Shown: positions 1 through 12,336, counted from the stretch's first letter. The stretch: DNA of 64,000 nucleotides from Mobula hypostoma (GCF_963921235.1 NC_086097.1:120840001-120904000), one strand, 5' to 3'. Translations and numbers: made by a program. The notes: generated by a model from the sequence alone, not told the origin.

Positions 1-279
1 CCTTCTCTATGTCATAAGATTATATAAGAAAATATGAGCATTGGTATCATCTGTGACATTCCCCACCTTGACTGCCGAAGGATTTAGGTGAGATGGTTGA
101 TGGCCCTTCCACTAATATTTCCTAGTGTATTATCTCAGCCAATCCTGGAAGAGCAGAAACTGAGTGTCAAGTCCATTTTGTCTTTGATGCAATTTGATTG
201 TAGTAAATATACCAGGTCTGATGACTTTACTGCAAATAAGAGGGTGTTTTGTTTCAAATGTTTAACTCAAGAAACAGGT

Positions 280-1190
280 CATAAGGCCATAAGACATAAG
301 AGCAGAATTGGGCCATTTGGCCCATTGAGTCTGCACCTCCATTTGATCATGACTGATTTATTCTCCCTCTCAATCCCATTCTACTGCTTCTCCCCGTAAA
401 TTTTGACAGCCTTACTACTCAAGAACTGATCAACCTTCACGTTAAATATACACAATAACTTGGCCACCACAGTCTTCTGTTGCAATGAACTCCACAATTT
501 CTTCTCATCTCTGTTCTAAAGGGGCATCCTGAGGCTATTGCCTCTGGTCTTTGTCTTTCTCACATTTGGAAACATCCTCACCATGTCCAGTCTATCTAGG
601 CCTTTCAACATTCAATAGATTTCAATGAGATCCCTACTCATCCTTTTAAATTCAGTGAGTACAGGCCCAGAGCCATCAGACGCTCCTCATTTCAGCTCTC
701 TCCCCATCCAACCCTTTTATTCCCAGGATCATTCTTGTGACACTCCAATGCTGGCACGTTTTCTTAGTTATGGGGCGGCAAGGTAGGGTAGTGGTTAGTA
801 CGATGCTACGACAGCTCAGGGCGTCAGAATGCAGAGTCCAATACTGGCATCCACTGTAAGCAAGCTCCTTCACGCCTGCGCGAGGGTTTCCTCCAGGTAC
901 TCTGGTTACCTCCCACAGTCCAAAGACGTACCATTCAGTATGTTAATTGGTCTTTGTAAATGTCCTGTGATTAGGCTAGGGCAGATTGCTGAGTGGTGCA
1001 GCTCGAAGTGCCTGAATGACCTGGTCTCTGCCCACTCTCTAAATAAATAATTAAATAAATAAACATGGGCCCAAAGCCACTCACAGTACTCTAAGTGCGG
1101 TCTAACCAAAAACTTATAAAGCCTCAGCATTACATCCCCACTTTTATATTTGCCTCCTCTCAAAATGAATGCCAACACTGCATTTGTCAT
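280..1190 (-). mobile_element. Degraded CR1 LINE 3' fragment, interrupted by a SINE at ~772-1063
   Basis: Minus ORF 906..1190 contains LRLYKFLVRPHLEYC, the CR1 RT C-terminal motif. A (TCTTATGG)-like tail lies at ~280-300 on the minus strand. Confidence 0.75.
772..1063 (+). mobile_element. tRNA-derived V-SINE/HE1-like SINE
   Basis: A-box-like head ggcaaggtagggtagtggttag, V-domain gggtttcctccaggtactctggttacctcccacagtccaaagacgtac, and (TAAA)n tail. Confidence 0.75.
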
Positions 1191-1363
1191 TGTTAATCCT
1201 ATGTGTACATTTCAGAACATGAGAAATACAGGGCTTTCTTACACTGAGCAGAAAAGAAGATGCCAGATCAACTTTTGGTCGTGAAGAGTCATCACTGAGC
1301 AAAATAAAATGAGGGAAGTAATATTTAGCTGCAGAGAGACCAAAATGGTTAATCTCATTTAGC

Positions 1364-1940
1364 TTGTATAAGGCATTGGTGAGGCCGAATCTGGAGTATT
1401 GTGTTCAGTTTTGGTCACCAAATTACAGGAAGGATATTAATAAGGTTGAAAGGGTGCAGAGAAGGTTTACAAAGATGTTGCCGGGGCTTGAGAAACTCAG
1501 TTACAGAGAAAGGTTGAATAGGTTAGGACTTTATTCCCTGGAGCGTAGAAGAATGAGGGGAGATTTGATAGAGGTATATAAAATTATGATGGGTATAGAT
1601 AGAGTGAATGCAAGCAGGCTTTTTCCACTGAGGCAAGGGGAGAAAAAAACCAGAGGACATGGCTTAAGGGTGAAGGGGGAAAAGTTTAAAGGGAATATGG
1701 GGTGGGGGCTTCTTCACACAGAGATTGGTGGGAGTATGGAATGAGCTGCCAGACGAGGTGGTAAATGCGGGTTCTTTTTTAACATTTAAGAATAAATTGG
1801 ACAGATGCATGGATGGGAGGTGTATGGAGGGATATGGTCCGTGTGCAGGTCAGTGGGACTAGGCAGAAAATGGTTCGGCACAGCCAAGAAGGGCCAAAAG
1901 GCCTGTTTCTGTGCTGTAGTTTTGCTGTGGTTTCTATGGT
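1364..1940 (+). mobile_element. 5'-truncated CR1 LINE (RT C-terminus and 3' UTR)
   Basis: ORF YKALVRPNLEYCVQFWSP...LERRRMRGDLIEVYKI. Nearly identical to 26016-26590. Ends in a ttctatggtt tail. Confidence 0.92.
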
Positions 1941-2049
1941 TGTCCAAGCATTCCTCAACCCGGCACACAGTATCGATGTGTCCCATGTATATGATATACT
2001 GTCAATACCGAAAACATATCTAGATGCTGTAAACATTAGACTGACATCT

Positions 2050-2335
2050 AATTAGGATGATGTCACATGCACATTGAAACATACAGCGAAAAGCATCATT
2101 TGTGTCAAATCAAATTAGTGATGATTGTACTGGGCAAATGTCACCTTCATTCTACTAGCCCTAAGCATACATCTTTGGAATGTGGGAGGAAACTGGCCCA
2201 CCCTGAGGAAACCCACATGGTCACAGGGAAACGTACAAACTCCTTACGGATAGTGGCAGGAATCAAACCCTGATCTTACAGCTGCTGCTATGATAGCGTT
2301 ACACTAACTGCCACGCCACCATGCCACCCCATTCC
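2050..2335 (-). mobile_element. V-SINE-like SINE
   Basis: Reverse-complement V-domain tttggaatgtgggaggaaactggcccaccctgaggaaacccac, followed by a tRNA-like head. Confidence 0.65.
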
Positions 2336-2823
2336 CTTAGGTCCCTTCCCATAATTCCCAATTTAATGTGCAAATCCATGTTCACTTTGTACAATTGCCG
2401 TACAGTTTACAATCAAAATCACATTTTTCCTTTATTGCTTGGGTTGGAAGTCTGCTCTGATTTTAGGGAACATTACTCCTGAGGGCACTTAAATAAGACT
2501 ATCAACCTCCAGCTGTGTTTTAAAGGATAAATGTGATGAAGAATGCAACTTGTTCACATCAAGAGATTTTAGTGTGCATAATAAAATGCCTCTGAATTAT
2601 AGCCCATTGTGACTTTTTACATTTGATGAATTTCAATAGAGCTTCTTGATCTCATTGTCACCAATTCAACTGTCATAAATGCATCCTCCTGTGATATTTT
2701 TGGAAGAAGTGACGCCAATGTGTCCTTCTGAAGACAACCCCCATAACCATGCTCCAACACTGGGGAAAACTTGAATGCTTCAGAGCTAAGCTTAACAGTT
2801 GAAATCTCTAAGTGCATGGAATG

Positions 2824-3230
2824 CCATAAGCCAATAAGACACAGCATCAGAATTACACTATTCAGCCCATCAGGTTTGCTCCACCATTCCATCATGACTG
2901 ATTAATTATCCATCTCAACTCCATTTTCTAACCTTCTCCCCATAACCTTTGATGCCTTTAATAATCAAGAACCAATTACTCTCCATTTTAAATATACCCA
3001 ATGACTTGACTACCACAGCTATCTGAGGCAATGAATTCCACAGAAACACATCCTCTGCTTAAAGAAATTCCTCCTCACCTCTGTCTAAACAGATATCTAT
3101 GTACTCTGAGTCTGTGCCCTACGGTTCTAGACTACCCCGCTACAGGAAATATCCTCTCCACATCAACTCTATCTAGGCCTTTCAAAATTCAATAGTTTTG
3201 AATGATATCACTCTCATCCTTCTATACTCA
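2824..3230 (-). mobile_element. Degraded CR1 3' fragment
   Basis: Similar to the 3' ends of the minus-strand CR1s at 45547-45960 and 62640-63060. Confidence 0.7.
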
Positions 3231-3774
3231 AATTAGCATATTTCTTCCATGTGGTATTGTAACAGAACTTTTAAAACTGCTGTTTTAAAAAACATAAAGT
3301 AATAGAAAAGATATGCATTTAAATATTCATATTTACTCATACTGTAGATGGAGCAAACATTCATTTCTAAACTTAAATAATAGTATTCGAGAAAGAGAAC
3401 ACCGATGGCAAAAATCTTTGTACTCAGTTAGGAAAGAAAAAAAGTAAACACTATTTGATGCTCAGGGGTGATCAAACAATAGATGTGAATTACCTATCCT
3501 TCCTCCATTATTCAAACAAAGGTGTTGTAGGACCCAAGACAACGTGTCAATACTTTGTGACAAAACTCATACACATCAGATCCATGACCTTTGACCCTGT
3601 TCCCACTCAGAACAAGGAGCAAGGCCGGGACTGAGCCCCTGGATGTTCAAGTTTTAGGGCTTAAATGACATGAGAAGATGAAGGGAAATGGAGGAGTTGA
3701 AGAAGGAAGCATTTGATATAGAATACAGAGATAATTAGGGAAAGGAGAAAGGAGGATCTTCTTTTCCATACTTT

Positions 3775-4420
3775 TCAAAGTCAAAGTAAATTTATTATCA
3801 AGGTGTGAATTTGTCACCACGTGCTACCTTGCAATTAATTTTCTTGCAGGCATTCACAGGAAAATAAAGAAATACAATAGAATTTATGAAAAAATATTCA
3901 GAAACATTTTAAGACTGACAAACAATCAATATGCAAAAGAAGTCAAATCATGCAAATAACAATAAAAAATGTAAATAAATTATGCTGAGAACATAAGTTG
4001 TAGAATCCTTGAAATTCAGTCTCTAGGCTGCGAAGTCAATTCAGTGTTGAAGTATGTGAAGTTATCTATGGGGGTTCAGGAGACTGATGGTTAAGGGCAA
4101 TAACTGTTTCTAAACCTGGTGGTGTGGGACCTAAGACCCCTGCTCCTCCTACCCGATAGTGGCAGAGAGAAGAGAGCATGGTATGGATGACGCTATTACA
4201 GATCAGGGCGCCTAAGTTCAGAGTTCAATCCTGGCATCCTCTGTAAGGAGTTTAAACATCCTCCCCTTGGAATGTGTGTGTACTTCCGGGTGCTCTGGTT
4301 TCCTCCCACAGTCCAAAGATGTACTAGTTAGTAGGCAAGTAGTCCTGTGATTAGGCTATGTAGCAAAACTCAAAAGGCAGGAAGGGCCTACCCTGTGCCG
4401 TATCTCGAAGTAAACAAACA
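3775..4420. mobile_element. Rex1-type LINE 3' fragment (-, ~3775-4185) followed by a V-SINE (+, ~4190-4420)
   Basis: caaagtcaaagtaaatttattatc tail and aactgtttctaaacctggtggtgtg on the minus strand. V-domain ccgggtgctctggtttcctcccacagtccaaagatgtac. Confidence 0.55.
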
Positions 4421-5369
4421 AATATAAAAATGATGGGTGTCCTTGCTGATGGATTTGATGATGATGATAGACTTCTGGATGTAAAGATATGATCAGCCCA
4501 GCAGAACTCAGACCAGAAAAACTCACTCCCATTCTTCCATGGAAAGTAGTGCATTGCTTTACTCTCAGTTCCTAAAACCATTATACGAATTATGTCACTG
4601 CTAGCTTTTGCTTATTTGTCCTTAAAAACTGCTCTAAATTTAAACTTAAAATACAACTTGAAGTTGGGATGCTTTATTGCTTAATGCAATTTGGAGAGAT
4701 GCTATGAAAGTGGAGAATGGTCCCTAAGGTGGAAATGATATATAATATCAATAACGTTCTTCAGCGTAGCATTATTGAAAACTTACCTAGCTACCAACAC
4801 TATTGAAAGTGCCCTCAAATGCACATGGAAAATGACCCAAGAGAATGATTTAAAATCTAGCGTGAGCGGGGCAGAAAATATTCAAAGTTATGACTAAATC
4901 TTTCCATAAAGCCACGAGAGAGTGTTAACATAATGAATATTTGACATTGTATCACGGTTCTCTGAGAGTTCTTTGTTCTGCGTGAGGGAAGGTGACACAG
5001 TGTCTTTAATTATTAATCCTTTGAGGACTGTGTAAGGTTACCAAAAGGCCATTTTATCATGCCTGCTGCGTTAAGTTGTTGATGTTGCTATCACTGTGAC
5101 TTCCACTGAGCTCAATGCCTTCTTACCTCATTATAGTTTAGTAACAGTGCAATATTAATGACTTTCACATAACTCCAAAGCATTTATAAATCATGTACTT
5201 TTCATTATCCCAAACAAGTTATTCACAGATTATTTACTTAACCCATTTCCAATTTTAACAGAACCTGACAAAAAGAGAAATAACAGAGCGAAGTAAGATT
5301 TTAATGGAAAGCATGGTGGTTGTGACATATCGAAAGAATATCCCAAGGCATAGGACAAGGATTACCAGA

Positions 5370-6030
5370 GGAAAGGGTGAGCAGTTTCAAGTTCCAAGAT
5401 ATCAACAACTCTGAAGTTCTATCCAGGACCTGACATATCGATGCAATTACAAAGAGGGCACACCAGCAGCTATATTTCATTAGGTGTTTGAGGAGGTTTA
5501 ATACATCACCAAAAACTCTAGCAGATGTCCCCAGATGTATCGTGGAGAGCTTTCTGACTGGTTGCTTTACATTCTAGTATAGATGAGACACTGAGCAAGC
5601 TGAGGGTTGTAAATTTAATCAGTTCCATCATGAGCATAAGCCTCCCCACCACTGAGAGCATCTTCAAAAGTTGAAACTTCAAAAAGTTGGCATCCATCAT
5701 TAAGGACCCCCATACCCTAGGACATGCCCTTCTTCTCATTACTACTATTGGCGAGGTTCAGTACAGGAATCTGAAGACACACACTCAATGTCTTAGGAAC
5801 AGCTTCTTCCTCTCCGCCATCAGATTTCTGAATGGACAATGAACCCGTGAATATTACCTCACTATTGTTATTCTCATTTTGCACTACTTACTGTATTTTT
5901 ATATGTAGTTGTAATTTAAAGTCATGTTTTATGCATTGCATTGTACTGCTACCACTAAACAACAAATTACGTGACATATGTCAGCGAGAATACACCTAAT
6001 CTGATTCTGATTCTCATTCTCATTCTGAAG
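5370..6030 (+). mobile_element. Rex1/Babar-type LINE 3' fragment
   Basis: Degenerate coding for RVSSFKF...IDAITKRAHQQLYFIR, then 3' UTR and (GATTCT)n tail at ~6000-6028. Confidence 0.75.
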
Positions 6031-7233
6031 CCCATAAACTGATTTAAGCTAGTCTGCAAAATAGGTACAGAGCACAAAATGGGCCACACAACACAAAACC
6101 TCATTTCCTGGAAATACCAGTTAGATATCCCAAGGCAGCTGTCAATCAGAAATGATCTCCACAGGCAGTGGGCCGGGTTTACATTTTGCAATTTTCTCCA
6201 AAGATTCTGCAAAGATGGTGCTGGCTAGACACGGCTATACCTAGCATACAGCTAACAAAACTACTAACAATTCTACTAAATAATACTTTTTGAGACAATG
6301 ATCATTTCAGGCCTGTAATTTCCTATTGGAAGGTGTGCCTTTGAACCATTCAAATGACCTGGCGTTTTTGTGGAATCCTGAAGAATTCGGTGTAATGGAC
6401 TCTTGAGAATGCAGTTTTGGCCATGGTGGCCATTGCTAGAGTGGACTTGGGACCACACAGAAATAGTGGGGCTCAGGTCATGAGAGAGTGTTAATATAAT
6501 GAATATTTGACACCGTATCATAGTTCTCTCAACTTTGTTCTGTATGAGGGAAGGTGTTAGAGTGTCTTTAATAACAGCAACATTCATCGAAAGAGAGGGA
6601 TGCCACACAAGCACAGATGCTCTCTCGATGAGTGTCTCTCCAGTCAAAATGGCCCTCAGTTGGCATCTTCCAGAGAGTAAATGAAAATATCTCTTTTACT
6701 TCTTTTATGCCTGTTTTTGACCTTAAATGTGTCACTGGGACTGTTAAAGCCTATGAGTTATAGTTTTGAGATTGTATGAGTGATCCAGCACTTTGCTCTC
6801 TCCAAGAAGATTCCAGGAGCAAGCACATACTTGAACAGCCTCAACGTAAAGAAACTTTGAGACAAGGCATGAAACCAATGTTTGACTCCATTTTGCCATT
6901 TAAAGTATCCATTAATCACTGATTAAAGCATTGAGGGAGTGATGCACTATCAATTACTCCAAAAGACTGGAAGTAGAATAAATACTGAAAGGCTTTTATT
7001 AACAGTAAAATGAATCCACGTCCATGCTGTACCATGTCTGTCCTGGACCGAGGGAGGAGCAGTGACACAATCATCTTTATTCAGGGGTCTGTGGGAGGAG
7101 CCACAGGAGCAGTCAGCAGAGGGGCGTGTCCAGGCATGTCCAGACAGGTAACCCAGTTACAACCTATATAAGCAACACTCATCAAAGTCGCTGGTGAACG
7201 CAGCAGGTCAGGCAGCATCCCTAGGAAGAGGTA

Positions 7234-7270
7234 CAGTCGACGTTTCAGGCCGAGACCCTTCGTCAGGACT
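7234..7270 (-). ncRNA. Minimal type I hammerhead ribozyme in pLTR, intact core
   Basis: Minus strand reads AGUC CUGACGA AGGGUCUCGGCCU GAAAC GUC GACUG. CUGANGA and GAAA boxes are present, GUC is the cleavage triplet, and stem I is AGUC/GACU. Confidence 0.8.
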
Positions 7271-8679
7271 AACTGAAGGAAGAGTTAGTAAGAGATTTGA
7301 GAAGACAGGAGGGGGAGGGATGGAGCCAAGAGCTGGACAGGTGATTGGCAAAGGGGATATGAGAGGATCATGGGACGGGAGGCCTAGGGAGAAAGAAAGG
7401 GGGAGGGGTGAAGCCCAGAGGATGGGCAAGGGGTATAGTCATAGGGACAGAGGGAGAAAAAGGAGAGTGAGAGAAAGAATATGTGTATAAAAATAAGTAA
7501 CGGATGGGGTACGGGGGGGGTAGGTGGGGCATTAGCGGAAGTTAGAGAAGTCAATGTTCATGCCATCAGGTTGGAGGCTACCCAGACGGAATATAAGGTG
7601 TTGTTCCTCCAATCTGAGTGTGGCTTCATCTTTACAGTAGAGGAGGCCGTGGATAGACATGTCAGAATGGGAATGGGATGTGGAATTAAAATATATGGCC
7701 ACTGAGAGATCCTGCTTTCTCTGGCGGACAGAGCGTAGATGTTCGGTGAAACGATCTCCCAGTCCGTGACGGGTCCCGCCAATATATAAAAGGCCACATC
7801 GGGAGCACCGGACGCAGTATATCACCCCAGCCGACTCACAGGTAAAGTGTTGCCTCACCTGGAAGGACTGTCTGGGGCCCTGAATGGTAGTGAAGGAGGA
7901 AGTGTAAGGGCATGTGTACCACTTGTTCCGTATACAACAGGAATTCTGCAGATGCTGGAAATTCAAGCAACACACATCAAAGTTGCTGGTGAACGCAGCA
8001 GGCCAGGCAGCATCTCTAGGAAGAGGTACAGTCGACGTTTCAGGCCGAGACCCTTTGTCGGGACTAACCGAAGGAAGAGTTAGTAAGAGATTTAAAAGTG
8101 GGAGGGGGAGGAAGAGATCCAAAATGATAGGAGAAGACAGCGGGGGGAGGGATGGAGCCAAGAGCTGGACAGGTGATTGGCAAAGGGGATATGAGCGGAT
8201 AATGGGACAGGAGGTCCAGGGAGAAAGACAAGGTGGGGGAGAAACCCAGAGGATGGGCAAGGGGTATAGTCAGAGGGACAGAGGGAGAAAAAGGAGAGTG
8301 CGAGAAAGATGCATGTATAAAAATAATTAATGGATGGGGTACGAGGGGGAGGTGGGGCATCAGCGGAAGTTAGAGAAGTCGATGTTCATGCCACCAGGTT
8401 AGAGGCTACCCAGATGGAATATAAGGTGTTGTTCCTCCAACCTGAGTGTGGCTTCATCTTTACAGTAGAGGAGGCCGTGGATAGACATGTCAGAATGGGA
8501 ATGGGATGTGGAATTAAAATGTGTGGCCACTGGGAGATCCTGCTTTCTCTGGTGGACAGAGCGTAGGTGTTCGGCAAAGCGGTCTCCCAGTCTGCGTCGG
8601 GTCTCGCCAATATATAGAAGGCCACATCAGGAGCACCGGACGCAGTATATCACCCCAGTCGACTCAGATGTGAAGTGTC

Positions 8680-10509
8680 GCCCTCCCTCCGCACTAATCC
8701 TAACCTTATTATTAAACCCGCCAATAAGGGGGGGTGCTGTTGTAGTCTGGCGTACTGACCTCTACCTTGCCGAGGCACAGCGACAACTCGCAGATACCTC
8801 CTCTTACTTACTCCTTGATCGTGACCTCACTAAGGAGCACCAGGCCATTGTCTCCCACACCATCACCAACTTCATCCGCTCAGGGGATCTCCCATCCACT
8901 GCTACCAACCTTATAGTTCCCACACCTCACACTTCCCATTTCTACCTCCTACCCAAGATCCACAAACCTGCCTGTCCTGGCAGACCTATTGTCTCAGCTT
9001 GCTCCTGCCCCACCGAACTCGTTTCTGCATACCTTGACACGGTTTTATCCCCCCTTGTTCAATCCCTTCCTACCTATGTTCGTGACACTTTTCGCGCTCT
9101 TAAACTTTTCGATGATTTTAAGTCCCCTGGCCCCCACCGCTTTATTTTCACCAGGGATGTCCAGTCCCTATATACTTCCATCCCCCATCAGGAAGGTCTC
9201 CAAGCTCTCCGCTTCTTCTTGGATTCCAGACCTAATCAGTTCCCCTCTACCACCACTGTGCTCCGCCTAGCGGAATTAGTCCTTACTCTTAATAATTTCT
9301 CCTTTGGGTCCTCCCAATTCCTCCAAACTAAAGTTGTAGCTATGGGCACCCATATGGGTCCTAGCTATGCCTGCCTTTTTGTTGGCTTCGTGGAACAATC
9401 TATGTTCCGTGCCTATTCTGGTATCTGTCCCCTACTTTTCCTTTGCTACATCAACGACTGCATTGGCGCTGCTTCCTGCACGCGTGCTGAGCTCGTTGAC
9501 TTTATTAACTTTGCCTCCAACTTTCACCCTGCCCTCAAGTATACCTGGTCCATTTCCGACACCTCCCTCCCCTTTCTAGATCTTTCTGTCTCTGTCTCTG
9601 GAGACAGCTTATCCGCTGATGTCTACTATAAGCCTACTGACTCTCACAGCTATCTGGACTATTCCTCTTCTCACCCTGTCTCATGCAAAAATGCCATCCC
9701 CTTCTCGCAATTCCTCCGTCTCCGCCGCATCTGCTCTCAGGATGAGGCTTTTCAATCCAGGACAAGGGAGATGTCCTCCTTTTAAAGAAAGGGGCTTCCC
9801 TTCCTCCACCATCAACTCTGCTGTCAAACGTATCTCCCCCATTTCATGCACATCTGCTCTCACTCCATCCTCCCGCCACCCCACTAGGAATAAGGTTCCC
9901 CTGGTCCTCACCTACCACCCCACCAGCCTCCGGGTCCAACATATTATTCTCCGTAACTTCCGCCACCTCCAACGGGATCCCACCGCTAAGCACATCTTTC
10001 CCTCCCCCCCCTCTGCTTTCCGCAGGAATCGCTCCCTACGCGACTCCCTTGTCCATTCGTCCTCCCCATCCCTCCCCACTGATCTCCCTCCTGGCACTTA
10101 TCCTTGTAAGCGGAACAAGTGCTACACATGCCCTTACACTTCCTCCCTTACCACCATTCAGGGCCCCAGACAGCCCTTCCAGGTGAGGCAACACTTCACC
10201 TGTGAGTCAACTGGGGTGATATACTGCATCCGGTGCTCCCAATATGGCCTTCTACATATTGGCGAGACCCGACACAGTCTGGGAGACCGCTTTGCTGAAC
10301 ATCTACGCTCTGTCCGCCAGAGAAAGCAGGATCTCCCAGTGGCTACACATTTTAATTCCACATCCCATTCCCATTCTGACATGTCTGTCCACGGCCTCCT
10401 CTACTGTAAAGATGAAGCCACACTCAGGTTGGAGGAACAACACCTTATATTCCGTCTGGGTAGCCTCCAACCTGATGGCATGAACATAGAATTCTCTAAC
10501 TTCCGCTAA
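8680..10509 (+). pseudogene. PLE reverse transcriptase plus GIY-YIG endonuclease, frameshifted
   Basis: KGGAVVVW, FYLLPKIHK..PGRPIVS, DVQSLYTSIP, AMGTHMGPSYA, CYINDC (usually YIDD), VYYKPTD. Frameshift near 9780. Then a CKRNKCYTC linker and GVIYCIRC..LHIGET..DRFAEH. Confidence 0.92.
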
Positions 10510-10802
10510 TGCCACACCTCCCCCTCGTACCCCATCCGTTATATATTTTTATACACACATTCTTTCTCTCACTCTCCTTTTTCTCCCTCTGTCCCTCTGA
10601 CTATACCCCTCGCCCATCCTCTGAGTTCCCCCCCCCTTGTCTTTCTCCCTGGGCCTCCTGTCCCATGATCCTCTCATATCCCCTTTGCCAATCACCTGTC
10701 CAGCTCTTGGCTCCATTCCTCCCCCTCCTGTCTTCTCCTATCATTTTGCATCTCCCCCTCCCCCTCCAACTTTCAAATCTCTTACTAACTCTTCCTTCAG
10801 TT

Positions 10803-10838
10803 AGTCCTGACGAAGGGTCTCGGCCTGAAATGTCGACT
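10803..10838 (+). ncRNA. Minimal hammerhead ribozyme in pLTR, one substitution in stem III
   Basis: agtc ctgacga agggtctcggcct gaaat gtc gactg. Confidence 0.7.
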
Positions 10839-11029
10839 GCACCTCTTCCTAGAGATGCTGCCTGGTCTGCTGCGTTCACCAGCGACTTTGATGTGTGTTG
10901 CTTGAATTTCCAGCATCTGCAGAATTCCTGTTGTTTACAACATATATGCATGGTTTACCACATTCACCCCTCCTTTTTAAAAAGAGTCTGGCGGGGTGAA
11001 GTGACTGACAATATTTAAAACAAGTATAT

Positions 11030-11950
11030 TTACAGGTCAAGCCTATCAGACGGTCGAGTCCGTCGCTGTGATCTACGTAGCACCGGTGGTGATTGCATCG
11101 GCGACGGTGGTTGTGTTGGCTCCGGCCTGACTTGAGGTGTCAGCACGTTGGGCATCGGTAATCCCTCGTGTGTGTGCGTCGCGCCCGGTATGGGAGTGTC
11201 GTGTGCTGTCTGTGTAGGGCTTGGAGTGTACGGTGTCTTGTGGGTATATATATCGGTGGACACGGGGTTAAGTCACCATGGAGTGTTCAGGGTAGGAGCC
11301 CGGAGCTCCTGCGGGCGCCAGGTCGCGGATGGAGATCGTGTCCTCCCGCCCATCAGGTAAAACCACATAGGCATACTGGGGGTTCGCATGAAGTAAGTGA
11401 ACCCTCTCGACCATCGGGGAGTATTTATTGCCCCTCGCATGTTTCCGGAGCAGCACTGGCCCCGGGAACATCAGCCAAGTTGGTAGGGTGGTCCCAGTGG
11501 TCGACTTTCTGGGAAAAGAAAAGAGCCGCTCATGAGGGGTGGTATTGGTGGCTGTGCATAACAGGGAGCGGATGGAGTGGAGTGCCTTGGGAAGGACCTC
11601 CTGCCAGCGAGAGACTGGCAGTTCCTTTGACCTGAAGGCTAAGAGTGTGGCTTTCCACACCATGGCATTCTCCTTCTCCACCTGTCCATTCCCCCGGGGA
11701 TTATAGCTCGTGGTCCTACTAGTTGCAATTCCCCTAGCCAGTAGGTATTGGTGCAGCTCATCACTCATAAACAAGGACCCTCTGTCACTGTGAATATAGC
11801 ATGGGTATCCGAACAGAGTGAAGAGCTTGCGCCGGGCTTTTATGACTGACGTGGTAGTGGTATCGGAGCAGGGGATGGCGAAGGGGAACCGCGCATCCTC
11901 ATCGATAACGTTAAGAAAGTACACATTGTGGTCGGTGGAGGGAAGATAAT
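11030..11950 (-). pseudogene. Gypsy integrase (rve core and C-terminus) remnant with Pro/Thr-rich tail
   Basis: ORF 11268..11972: FLNVIDE..RFPFA, IHSDRG, RTTSYNPRGNGQVEK (DDE core), TPHERLF. Continues after a frameshift in ORF 11030..11263. Confidence 0.85.
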
Positions 11951-11951
11951 A

Positions 11952-12319
11952 CCATGGTGTGGAAGGCCACACTCTTAACCCTCAGGTCAAAGGGACTGCT
12001 GGTCTCCCGCTGGCAGGAGATCCTTCCCGAGGCACTCCACTCCATTCGCTCCCTGTTATGCACGTCCACCAATGCCACCCCTTATGAGCGGCTCTTTTCT
12101 TTTCCCAGAAAGTCGACCACTGGGACCACTCTACCAACTTGGCAGACGTATGCGACGCACACGCACGAGGGATTACTGACACCTAAACGTGCTGACACCT
12201 CAAGTCAGGCCGGAGCCAGCACGACCACATCGCTGGTGCAATCACCACCAATGCTACATAGATCACAGCGACGGATCGACCGTCTGATAGACTTGACCTG
12301 TAAATATACTTGTTTTAAA
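11952..12319 (+). repeat. Inverted, internally deleted duplicate of the integrase 3' part and 3' UTR
   Basis: 11952-12145 is the reverse complement of ~11473-11665, and 12152-12319 of ~11015-11182. ORF 11954..12373 repeats MVWKATLL...TTGTTLPTW. Confidence 0.85.
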
Positions 12320-12336
12320 ATTACTGTTAATAAAAT

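Larger units (their letters stand above)
7170..10934 (+). mobile_element. Penelope-like element (Neptune-type) composite, copy 1: two tandem inverted pLTRs, 5'-truncated RT-GIY-YIG and a sense pLTR
   Basis: RT and GIY-YIG ORFs on +. Antisense pLTR/EN units at 7170-7932 and 7933-~8680. TSD ttacaac(c/a)tatat at 7157-7169 and 10935-10947. Confidence 0.93.

Noticed and set aside
772..860. tRNA gene
   Set aside because: It is only the degenerate tRNA-like head of a SINE, with no cloverleaf.
4996..5035. CACAGTG as a V(D)J recombination signal
   Set aside because: No nonamer at 12- or 23-bp spacing and no V/J segment nearby.
8487..8720. N-terminus of the 432-aa ORF (also 40696) as a novel domain fused to RT
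   Set aside because: It is the antisense reading of the inverted GIY-YIG segment plus an off-frame stretch. True RT homology starts at about GGAVVVW.
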